From: Candidatus Krumholzibacteriia bacterium
Lineage (GTDB): Bacteria > Krumholzibacteriota > Krumholzibacteriia > WVZY01
Length of the DNA stretch: 23,906 nucleotides
Reading direction: 5' to 3'
NCBI GenBank assembly: GCA_036478295.1
Contig: JAZGDW010000147.1
Location: 1-23,906, forward strand
A model generated the notes under the pieces. The model was not told where the DNA came from, made no database searches, and saw only the letters and a program-made list of their open reading frames with translations. Positions 1 to 7,595 of the stretch are shown piece after piece. Position 1 is the stretch's first letter, and every line of letters starts with the position of its first letter. The position numbers and the translations under genes are program-made.

Positions 1-443
1 TGGCCTCCGCCTGCGACGTCGCGGTGGCCTCGGAGCGGGCGTTCTTTTCTCTGGCGGAAATCCGTCTCGGCATCGCGCCGGCGGTGATCTCACCGTACGT
101 GATACGCAAGATCCAGGAGCGCAAGGCGCGCGAGTTCTTTCTGACGGGAAAACGGTTCGACGCCGCGAAGGCCTACGAGATCGGACTGCTGAGCGCCGTG
201 GTGGCACACGACGAGTTCGAGGCGGCGGTGGAGAAATGGGAAAAGAGTTTTCTCAGAAGCGCACCCGGCGCGATCAAGGTGTGCAAAGAGCTCATTGCAC
301 GCGTATCGCGGTCGTCGATCCCGGATGTGCAGGACTACACGGCGGAAGTGATTTCGAAGTTGCGCATGGCGCCGGAGGGCAGGGAAGGCTTCACGGCGTT
401 CTTCGAGAAGCGGCGGCCAAAGTGGGACCCGGACGCCGAGTGA
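1..443 (+). CDS. Enoyl-CoA hydratase/isomerase (crotonase) family protein, methylglutaconyl-CoA hydratase-like; 5'-truncated by the window edge
   Basis: The frame is open from position 3 (ASACDVAVASERAFFSLAEIRLGIAPAVISPYV). It carries the crotonase motifs ACD..A, F.L.E.RLG..P and A..A..IGL, and ends in EGREG..AF.EKR.P.W. Confidence 0.9.
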   Translation, partial: ASACDVAVASERAFFSLAEIRLGIAPAVISPYVIRKIQERKAREFFLTGKRFDAAKAYEIGLLSAVVAHDEFEAAVEKWEKSFLRSAPGAIKVCKELIARVSRSSIPDVQDYTAEVISKLRMAPEGREGFTAFFEKRRPKWDPDAE

Positions 444-457
444 GCCGTGGGGTGGTG

Positions 458-611
458 GCGGGTTGAATTGTCTCCGTGGCCGTGCTTTGGCGGTACGCGC
501 GTTAGGCTGTTTCCGTCACCGCGCTCCACTTCGCTCGGCTACCCACGGCCGGCGCGGGAGACAATCCAACCGGCGCCCCCAGACGCTCAGGACGGAGACA
601 ATTCAACCCGC
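458..611. repeat. Partial/rearranged copy of the dispersed fold-back repeat, between convergent genes
   Basis: Perfect 20-bp inverted repeat GCGGGTTGAATTGTCTCCGT (458-477) / ACGGAGACAATTCAACCCGC (592-611). A further arm copy, GGAGACAATCCAACC, lies at 557-571. Positions 522-550 are the exact reverse complement of 18600-18628 (29 nt). Confidence 0.85.
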
Positions 612-615
612 CCCG

Positions 616-1077
616 CTACTGACCCTTTTTCTTGCGCGTGGACCCGATCGCTTTGACCCGCCGGACGAACTCCTCCACCCCGATCGACGCGATCGTCTCA
701 CCGATCAGCGGCAGGGGGATGTCGTCGAGCTTCCGGAAGCGCACGCACGACTTGCCGGCATCAAAGCGTTTTCCCGTCGCCTTGTACGCAGCTTCGAACT
801 TGCGTCGCGCTTCCTCGGCCATGTAGATCCCCGTGAGATAGACGGCCATGTGATTCTTCTGCGAAGCCAGGGCCGCGTACATCAGCGGCTGGCCGTTGTA
901 CGTGTCCGGGTATTTCTCCAGCGGCACCTGGTAGGTAATCATCCCCCAGTTCATTGCTTCCTCGTACCCCTGCGGAAGATTTTCCAGGACCACCCGGCGG
1001 ACTTCTTCTATCGCCGTTCTCCGGTCGTCGGGTAATTCGGACAGGTATTGCGCGACGGTATTGGCGCGGGATTGCAT
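616..1077 (-). CDS. DUF1801 (YdhG-like) domain protein
   Basis: 153 aa. The motifs TV..YL..LP..RR, LP.GYEE.M.WGM..Y, ALASQKNHMAVYL and GKSCVRF are typical of the family. Strong AAGGAGG RBS upstream. Confidence 0.88.
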   Translation of the reverse strand: MQSRANTVAQYLSELPDDRRTAIEEVRRVVLENLPQGYEEAMNWGMITYQVPLEKYPDTYNGQPLMYAALASQKNHMAVYLTGIYMAEEARRKFEAAYKATGKRFDAGKSCVRFRKLDDIPLPLIGETIASIGVEEFVRRVKAIGSTRKKKGQ

Positions 1078-1122
1078 GAACCGTTTCCTCCTTATGCCGA
1101 CATGTGAATTGCACGGCGCTTG

Positions 1123-1686
1123 TCAAGCACCGGGCCAGAGCCAACCAAATGTACCTGCGGTGACCACGCCATAAATGACACCGTCGAAGAGAAACTTGAA
1201 GGTGACGCCCCAACTCTGGGCCTTCCAGATCGAGTCCTGGAACTGGGACACACCATAAACGAGAATCGCCGTGGCTCCGGTGACGCGAAAAACGCCCAGG
1301 TATTCCGCCCCCGGCCCATGCGCGAGCCTGGCAATATAGGCAACCAGAGCGCTGATCAACACCGTGTAGAGAAACCACTGGACGAGGCTCTTTCCCATGG
1401 CAGGCCTGCCGTTTCGTATGACCGTCATGAAACCGCATGGCCCCTTCTCGTACTTCTCGATCATCTCCGGTGTGGCTGCGTCCTTCATGGACGCCGCGCA
1501 GGGGAACATGTAGTGGCCGGGCTGCACCCCGTGGGTGCGCATCGCTTCGAGCACGCTCTCCTCGTTGGGGAGTTTCTTGTAGTCGTTTCTGTGGATGGGC
1601 AGTGCCACGTGCATGATGGAGCTTACGATGAACACGAGTACCGACGACAACAGGATGGGAAGCCAGAGATCCGTCAAGAATTCCAT
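1123..1686 (-). CDS. Conserved hypothetical integral membrane protein (about 4 TM helices)
   Basis: Start moved to the ATG at 1686 (MEFLTDLWLPILLSSVLVF), which is preceded by a GGGAGG RBS. 187 aa with four hydrophobic segments and protein-like composition. Confidence 0.8.
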   Translation of the reverse strand: MEFLTDLWLPILLSSVLVFIVSSIMHVALPIHRNDYKKLPNEESVLEAMRTHGVQPGHYMFPCAASMKDAATPEMIEKYEKGPCGFMTVIRNGRPAMGKSLVQWFLYTVLISALVAYIARLAHGPGAEYLGVFRVTGATAILVYGVSQFQDSIWKAQSWGVTFKFLFDGVIYGVVTAGTFGWLWPGA

Positions 1687-1866
1687 CGTGTTACCTCCCG
1701 ACAGCAAGGGTTTCTGGAAACGCCAGGGCTCCGCGCGCCGAGCGGACCCGGGCGCGAGCATAATCGTCAAGGGAAACGCAAATCAAGTACCAAAGGCGGC
1801 CCTTCCAAGTGTGCTAGAACTTCTGCATGGCCTCTCTCAGCCGTTCACGGGCGCACGCTGGCGATG

Positions 1867-2358
1867 CTAGGCGGCTGGCCCGCGGGGTCGGGTCGGAAGC
1901 CAACGACGCACTCGCGCGCAGTAATCGTCGTATTCGCTCCCAAACTGCCGCCGAAGATGCCGCTCCTCGTAGTAAATGATGAACAGGTTGAAAGCGATAC
2001 CCAAAAAGAGAGCGTGCACGATCAGCGCTGCGGCGCGGTAGAGAACGATCCAACCCAATATTGCGGTGAGCACACCCACGTACATCGGGTTGCGCGTATA
2101 CCGGTACAGTCCGCGGACCACGAGTTTTTTTGGCGCGTCGATCGGTGCGGGTGTGCCGCGCCCGAAGGTGGCGAAGTTCCACACGCACCACAGGTAGGCT
2201 GCGCCGCCCACGCCGAAGAGTACGAGAGATATCACAAGACTCGCACCCGACGCAGGCGCGCCGTTCCGAGTGATCAGCAGTGGCACGTAGACGGCGACCG
2301 TGCCCGGAGCAACAATTGTGAACAGCAGGTTCTTGAGCAGTAGCACCATTGCCGACAC
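1867..2358 (-). CDS. Isoprenylcysteine carboxyl methyltransferase / PEMT family membrane methyltransferase
   Basis: Motifs G.GTPAP.D.P..LVV.GLYRYTRNPMY.G and YEE..L...FG.EY..Y...V.RW.P. GTG start 3 nt after the pepT stop; an alternative ATG is at 2349. Confidence 0.9.
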   Translation of the reverse strand: MSAMVLLLKNLLFTIVAPGTVAVYVPLLITRNGAPASGASLVISLVLFGVGGAAYLWCVWNFATFGRGTPAPIDAPKKLVVRGLYRYTRNPMYVGVLTAILGWIVLYRAAALIVHALFLGIAFNLFIIYYEERHLRRQFGSEYDDYCARVRRWLPTRPRGPAA

Positions 2359-2361
2359 TCG

Positions 2362-3624
2362 CTAGCCCTCTTTTTCCGCCCATACGTTGGCGATGTTGAC
2401 GATTGTCTCCACCGCCTTTTCCATCACTTGTACCGGCACCCATTCGATCTTGCTGTGAAACGCCTCGCCGCCGTCGAAGATGTTGGGAGTCAGGAGCCCC
2501 ATGTAGGTGAGTCGTGAGCCGTCTGTACCGCCGCGCACCACTGTGTAATGCGGCTCGACGCCGGCGCGCTGCACCGCTTCGGCGGCGTATTCGAGCAGGC
2601 GTTTTTCCTTCTCGATCGGGTAGCGCATGTTGAGGTACTGCTCGTCGATCGTTAGATCGATTCGCGCCTTGGGGTAAAGTTCGCGGACCTCGTCCACGAT
2701 ATCGGCCAGGACGCGCTTTTTTTCTTCGATGCCCGCCATATCGAAATCGCGCAGGAGAATCTTGATTTTGACCTCCTCGGACTGCCCCTCGAAGTCATAG
2801 GGGTGGATGTAGCCTTCCCGGCCGCTCGTCATCTCGGGGCTCATCTCTTTGGGCATGCGGGTGACGATATCCGCGAAGATACGGATGGCGTTGACCAGTT
2901 TGTCCTTGGCGTAGCCGGGGTGAACCCCCACGCCCTCGATCTTGATCACGGCACCGAAAGCGTTGAAAGTCTCGAACTGGATCTCGCCCAACGGACCACC
3001 GTCCATCGTGTACGCAAAGTCGGCTCCGAATTTCTTGACGTCGAAGTAACGTGTCCCGTGACCGATCTCTTCATCGGGAGTAAACGCGATCTTTATGGTG
3101 CCGTGGGTAACCTCGGGGTTTTCGCGCAGCGTGTCGACCGCGGTCATGATCTCGGCCACGCCCGCCTTGTCGTCGGCGCCGAGGAGCGTGGTGCCGTCGC
3201 TGGTAACGATGTCCATCCCGATGTAGCGCTTCTCCAGGTTCGGGTACTCGTCGGCGTGAATAACCTGCGCAGGATCGCCGGGCAGTGCGATGTCACCGCC
3301 CTGGTAATTCGGGTGCACGACGGGTTTGACCCCGGTGCCTGTGATGGCGGGTGACGTATCGACGTGGGCGATAAAGCCGATCGTGGGTATTTTCTTGCTC
3401 TCATCCGGCAGGTTGGACGGCACGGTACCGGTGACGTACCCGTACCTGTCCACGTCCGCGTCGTCCACGCCGAGCGACTTCAGTTCGTCCCGTAGCAGGT
3501 TGAGCAAATCCCATTGCTTCTCCGTGCTGGGGTAGCTCTCGCAGTCTTCCTGGGACCGCGTGTCGATCTTCACGTATCTCAGGAACCGGTCGAGCACGGA
3601 TTCTCTGGCTGGATTCAGGTTCAT
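2362..3624 (-). CDS. pepT: Peptidase T (tripeptide aminopeptidase, M20B)
   Basis: Motifs RFLRYVKIDT.S, IGFIAHVDTS, DGTTLLGADDKAG, FTPDEEIG.G, HPGYAK and RGGTDGSRL. Start set at ATG 3624 behind an AAGGAG RBS; the longer ORF start runs into the repeat. Confidence 0.96.
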   Translation of the reverse strand: MNLNPARESVLDRFLRYVKIDTRSQEDCESYPSTEKQWDLLNLLRDELKSLGVDDADVDRYGYVTGTVPSNLPDESKKIPTIGFIAHVDTSPAITGTGVKPVVHPNYQGGDIALPGDPAQVIHADEYPNLEKRYIGMDIVTSDGTTLLGADDKAGVAEIMTAVDTLRENPEVTHGTIKIAFTPDEEIGHGTRYFDVKKFGADFAYTMDGGPLGEIQFETFNAFGAVIKIEGVGVHPGYAKDKLVNAIRIFADIVTRMPKEMSPEMTSGREGYIHPYDFEGQSEEVKIKILLRDFDMAGIEEKKRVLADIVDEVRELYPKARIDLTIDEQYLNMRYPIEKEKRLLEYAAEAVQRAGVEPHYTVVRGGTDGSRLTYMGLLTPNIFDGGEAFHSKIEWVPVQVMEKAVETIVNIANVWAEKEG

Positions 3625-3665
3625 ATGAGCTCCTTGCAATCGTACTGCTGGCCGTCGGGGCGTGC

Positions 3666-3949
3666 TAACATCCAGTGGATAACAGGCGATCTCTTGTAGC
3701 ACGCGATGGTGTCTGGTTGAATCGGCGACGAGCCCATCGCGGGAGCGAGCGAGGATCACGCCGCGGCCAGCGCGGGTCCTGTCAGCGAACAGTCCATCCG
3801 TGCTCGCAGGCTGCGCGCGGCCGGGCGCCCGTTCGCTGCCACCCCCGCTGGCCGCGGCGTAGCCGAGCGAAGCGGAGCGTGGGTCGGAGGCGATTCAACC
3901 AGACACATGCCGTATGTACGAAAGTCCAGCTGTTATCCACTGGATGTTA
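3666..3949. mobile_element. Putative non-autonomous MITE (18-bp TIRs flanked by TA) enclosing the fold-back repeat
   Basis: Left end TA(3666-3667)-ACATCCAGTGGATAACAG(3668-3685); right end CTGTTATCCACTGGATGT(3930-3947)-TA(3948-3949). The reconstructed empty site is TGC-TA-GCA, with a CTAG core. No transposase is present in the window. Confidence 0.55.
3709..3906. repeat. Dispersed ~200-nt fold-back repeat, full copy A (REP/REPIN-like or structured RNA)
   Basis: Terminal IR GTGTCTGGTTGAATCG (3709-3724) / CGATTCAACCAGACAC (3891-3906). Internal IR at 3758-3772 / 3846-3860. Colinear with 18453-18660, at roughly 85% identity by eye. Confidence 0.9.
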
Positions 3950-5827
3950 GCATGGCCCCCCGGCGCCATCAATTTTTTCCCGAAACCACAGCTCGAGCAC
4001 CATGAGCGCCCAGATGATCGAACTGTTATCACGGCGACCGCTACTGTGTTCGTTCATGACCCGCTCGAGGTATTCCCGGCGGAAATTGTTGCGTGCAAGC
4101 GCGCGCGGTCCGAGCACAAGGTCGGCACTGAGACCGGTCCACTCTTGCCTGAGCCAGAACTTAATCGGAACGGCGAAGCCCTTCTTGGGCCGGTAGATCA
4201 TCTCGCGCGTAAGCAGACGCTCGGCGGCCTTCTTGAAAATGTACTTGGTGGTCGTGCCTCGCAGTTTGAGTTCGGGGGGGATGGTCGCCGCGAACTCCAC
4301 CAGATGGTGGTCGAGAATGGGAACCCTGGCTTCGAGCGACACCATCATGCTGGTGCGATCGACTTTGGTGAGAATATCTCCGGGCAGGTACGTCTTTGTG
4401 TCGAGATACTGGCGACGCGACAGATCGTCCAACGCTTCGACGGAGGCCAGGTGGTTCATCATGACCGGCGAAGGATCCGTGGTTTTCAACCGCTCACGGA
4501 TTTCGTCGCTCAAGATGTTCTCGTGCGCGGTGGTAATTCCCTTGGACATGCGTCTGAGGTATTGTTGATCCGTGTTACCGGACAGGTTGCGCAGGAAATT
4601 GACACCCGGATAGCCCTCCGGCAGAAGGCCGGCGAGCCCCAACAGAACAGGGTCCCGCAAGGCGGCGGGGACGTGGTTGGCAAGCCGCGTGCGCGAATCG
4701 TCCACGTAACGGAGATAACCGGCAAAGAGCTCATCGCCGCCGTCACCGGAGAGCGCCACGGTCACGTGTTTTCTGGCGGTACGGGATACGTAGTACATCG
4801 GTATCGCCGAGGAGTCCGCGAACGGCTCATCGAACTGCCGGACGAGATCGAGGACGACGTTCTCGGCGTCCGGCCGGACGATCTCTTCGTGGTGATCGGT
4901 CCCGAAATGCTCGGCGACCTTTCTTGCGTAGCCCAGCTCGTTGTACTCATCCTTCTCGAAACCAATCGAGAACGTCTTGACCGGCTGGCTCATGTGCTGC
5001 GCCATGAGTGCGACGACCATGCTCGAATCCGTGCCGCCGCTCAGAAAGGCACCCAGCGGCACTTCACTCATCAGCCGCAGCTTCACCGCTTCACTGAGAA
5101 TGTCGAGTAGCTTTTCCACATAGAACGCTTCGGGTTGAGGGTCTCCCACCTCGAAACGGACGTCCCAGTACTGCCGTATCGTCGTCTGGCCGTTCTCGTA
5201 CTCGAGCGTGTGCGCGGGAGGCAGCTTGTGGATGCCCTCGAACATGGTCAGCGGATCCGGCACGTACCCGTAGGCGACATATGTAACGAGCGACGGGGGG
5301 TGCATCTCACGCGGTACGTTGGTGTGTTCGAGAATGGATTTTATCTCGGAGCCGAACAGGAATTTGTGTGCATCGCGGAGATAGTGCAGCGGTTTTATGC
5401 CGAGGCGGTCGCGCGCGAGAAAGAGGCGCTTGCGGTTCCGGTCCCAGATTGCAAAGGCGAACATTCCGCGCAGGTGGAGTACGCAATCCGTCCCGAATTC
5501 TTCGTACAGATGAACGATGGTTTCGGTATCGGACTGCGTGTAGAAGGAATGTCCCCTGCGCTCGAGGTCAGCGCGAAGCTCGCGGTGGTTGTAAATCTCG
5601 CCGTTGTAGACGATCCACACGGTGCGGTCCTCGTTGTGGATCGGCTGGCTGCCGCCGGCGACGTCGATGATGCTGAGCCGCGTCATCCCCAGGCCGGTCC
5701 CTCCTTCCACCCACGTTCCCGAGTCGTCCGGGCCCCGGTGATCGATGGCCTTGCACATTCTCTGGAGCGTTTCGGCGGCGGCGGGCCGGTCGGGGTCACT
5801 ATTGACTATGCCGGCGATTCCACACAT
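3947..5827 (-). CDS. asnB: Asparagine synthase (glutamine-hydrolysing) family amidotransferase
   Basis: N-terminal MCGIAG (catalytic Cys), HRGPD, RLSIID, NGEIYN, RDRLGIKPL, LSGGTDSS, LSGDGGDELFAGY, SLEARVP and RPKKGF.VP. AsnB-like paralogues can amidate other substrates, so the exact substrate is uncertain. Confidence 0.93.
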   Translation of the reverse strand: MCGIAGIVNSDPDRPAAAETLQRMCKAIDHRGPDDSGTWVEGGTGLGMTRLSIIDVAGGSQPIHNEDRTVWIVYNGEIYNHRELRADLERRGHSFYTQSDTETIVHLYEEFGTDCVLHLRGMFAFAIWDRNRKRLFLARDRLGIKPLHYLRDAHKFLFGSEIKSILEHTNVPREMHPPSLVTYVAYGYVPDPLTMFEGIHKLPPAHTLEYENGQTTIRQYWDVRFEVGDPQPEAFYVEKLLDILSEAVKLRLMSEVPLGAFLSGGTDSSMVVALMAQHMSQPVKTFSIGFEKDEYNELGYARKVAEHFGTDHHEEIVRPDAENVVLDLVRQFDEPFADSSAIPMYYVSRTARKHVTVALSGDGGDELFAGYLRYVDDSRTRLANHVPAALRDPVLLGLAGLLPEGYPGVNFLRNLSGNTDQQYLRRMSKGITTAHENILSDEIRERLKTTDPSPVMMNHLASVEALDDLSRRQYLDTKTYLPGDILTKVDRTSMMVSLEARVPILDHHLVEFAATIPPELKLRGTTTKYIFKKAAERLLTREMIYRPKKGFAVPIKFWLRQEWTGLSADLVLGPRALARNNFRREYLERVMNEHSSGRRDNSSIIWALMVLELWFREKIDGAGGPC

Positions 5828-5935
5828 AATATCTTCTGGTCGTGAAAAAATCCGGACGAGGGTATTGTGCCCAATTCCATCGTCGAGCTCGCCCGGGGAT
5901 GTTCCCCTCTGTTACTCGAACGGTTTGTAGAACGC

Positions 5936-5945
5936 GAGTATACTC
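5936..5945. promoter_or_regulatory. Possible bidirectional -10 element between the divergent asnB and DUF1028 genes
   Basis: The palindrome GAGTATACTC gives TATACT on both strands. No convincing -35 was seen. Confidence 0.35.
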
Positions 5946-5983
5946 AATCCACCTACATAACTCAAACACGGAGGCCGCCAAAA

Positions 5984-6982
5984 ATGCGTTCGCTTATCCT
6001 GTCCGTTCTCCTGCTCGTGCTTTGCCTGTCGCCGGCGGCGTCGATCGTCGTCGACGACCAGGTGGTGAGACCCGTCACCACCTACTCGATCGTCGCTCGG
6101 GACCCGAAGACCGGCCAACTCGGTGTGGCCGTGCAGTCACACTGGTTTTCCGTCGGGTCGAACGTGCCGTGGGTGAGAGCCGGCGTGGGTGCCGTGGCAA
6201 CTCAGTCTCTGACCGACGTGAGTTACGGACCGCTCGGCCTCGAGATGATGCAATCCGGCAAGAGCGCCGAGCAGGCGCTGCGCGGACTCCTGCGCGCCGA
6301 CGAGAATCCCCAGTGGCGCCAGGTGGGCATGATCGACGCTGCGGGCAATCGTGCGGTCCATACCGGCCGCAAGTGCATCCGGGAGGCGGGGCACGTGTCG
6401 GGCAAGGATTTCATCGTCATGGCCAACTTGATGGAGAAAGCCACCGTGTGGGAGGCGATGGCCAGGGCGTTCCGTGCGAGTGACGGCGACCTGACGGAGA
6501 AGATGCTGGCTGCACTGGAGGCCGCACAGGATGAGGGGGGTGACATCCGGGGCCGGCAGTCCGCCGCCATCGTGGTCGTCACCGGCAAGCCCATCGGCGT
6601 GCCCTACAGGGACACCATCGTGGATCTGCGCGTCGAAGATAACCCGGAACCGGTGAAGGAACTCCGCCGCCTCGTCGGCATCAACCGCGCGTATCGCTTT
6701 ATGAACGAGGGGGACGAGAGGCTCACCGACAAGGACACCGAGGGGGCGCTCGAGGCGTACAGCAGCGCGATGAAGTTGGCGCCGAACATCACCGAGATCC
6801 AGTTCTGGTCGGCCCTGACCCTGTTCACGACTGGGCACGAAAAAACGGCGATCGAGTACTTCAAAGAGGTTTTCGCCAAGGACAGCAACTGGGTCACTGT
6901 CTTGAAGCGACTCCCCAAGGCGGATCTACTGGATAACGACGACGGGCAGGTGGAGCGGATTCTGAGCGCGGCCCTCGAGTAA
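5984..6982 (+). CDS. DUF1028 family Ntn-hydrolase with signal peptide and C-terminal TPR-like helices
   Basis: ATG 5984 follows a GGAGG RBS, then a signal peptide (MRSLILSVLLLVLCLSPAAS). Family motifs are TYSIVARDP.TG.LGVAVQS, RQVG..DA.G, GGD.RGRQSAA and DLRVED..P..EL.RL. The tail ALEAYSSAMKLAP..FWSAL is TPR-like. Confidence 0.9.
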   Translation: MRSLILSVLLLVLCLSPAASIVVDDQVVRPVTTYSIVARDPKTGQLGVAVQSHWFSVGSNVPWVRAGVGAVATQSLTDVSYGPLGLEMMQSGKSAEQALRGLLRADENPQWRQVGMIDAAGNRAVHTGRKCIREAGHVSGKDFIVMANLMEKATVWEAMARAFRASDGDLTEKMLAALEAAQDEGGDIRGRQSAAIVVVTGKPIGVPYRDTIVDLRVEDNPEPVKELRRLVGINRAYRFMNEGDERLTDKDTEGALEAYSSAMKLAPNITEIQFWSALTLFTTGHEKTAIEYFKEVFAKDSNWVTVLKRLPKADLLDNDDGQVERILSAALE

Positions 6983-7016
6983 CCACCCCGTCCGGATCCG
7001 CGCAGAACCGGTCGGC

Positions 7017-7574
7017 TTAAAATTCGATTGTAATATCCTTGACCTCGACGAACTCGTGGTAGGCGAATTTCTTGTGAAGTGACAACAGCTTTTCGATGTT
7101 GCCCTCCGCGATGCCGCCACCGTGGTAATGATAGTGGTGGGCGGGCGCGTAGATTTCCACCCCGGCGGCGCCCGGGTGTTTGTCTTCTTTTTCCTGGAAA
7201 CCGGTTAGCTCCAGGTCCATCGGCAGCCGGCGCACGATCCTCTTCAGACTCGATGCAACCTTCTCGCTGAACGTGTCGAACTTGAATTCGAAATAACTCC
7301 TCACGATGGGTCGGTCGGAGAGGATCTCGAAGCCAAGTGCCGGTGCGCGGTGCATGGCGGCGACAAGCGATTTGTGGTGGCCCTCGGTGCAGATCAAGTG
7401 TTCGCGTCCCGTTTGCAGTCGAAGTAGTTCCTGCAGGTGGTGGGTGTCGATGGGGTGGTCGTCGCAAAAAAGCAGGCCGCTCTTTACACGTTTCGTAGCT
7501 TTGTAACCCCATAGAAAGCCCTTGAGAAGCTTCCCGTCTCCCTTGATGATCAGTTCACGATAATTCGACGACAT
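7017..7574 (-). CDS. Hypothetical soluble protein
   Basis: 185 aa with a GGGGAGG RBS and protein-like composition. It starts 21 nt downstream of the antiporter gene. No family recognised. Confidence 0.75.
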   Translation of the reverse strand: MSSNYRELIIKGDGKLLKGFLWGYKATKRVKSGLLFCDDHPIDTHHLQELLRLQTGREHLICTEGHHKSLVAAMHRAPALGFEILSDRPIVRSYFEFKFDTFSEKVASSLKRIVRRLPMDLELTGFQEKEDKHPGAAGVEIYAPAHHYHYHGGGIAEGNIEKLLSLHKKFAYHEFVEVKDITIEF

Positions 7575-7595
7575 GACGGCCTCCCCGGCTGCACC

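Noticed and set aside
1120..2343. 407-aa plus-strand ORF
   Set aside because: Antisense shadow of two well-supported minus-strand genes, with no recognisable motifs.
3625..3759. N-terminal extension of PepT given in the ORF track
   Set aside because: It runs through the repeat element, and a strong RBS precedes ATG 3624 where PepT homology begins.
3663..3952. Integron attC site (TAAC...GTTAG ends, with the upstream gene's stop inside TAAC)
   Set aside because: At 290 bp it is far longer than typical attC sites. The arms are perfectly complementary with no extrahelical bases, the flanking genes are housekeeping, and no integrase or second site is present.
3914..5845. 398-aa and 236-aa plus-strand ORFs
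   Set aside because: Antisense shadows of asnB caused by GC-biased codon usage.
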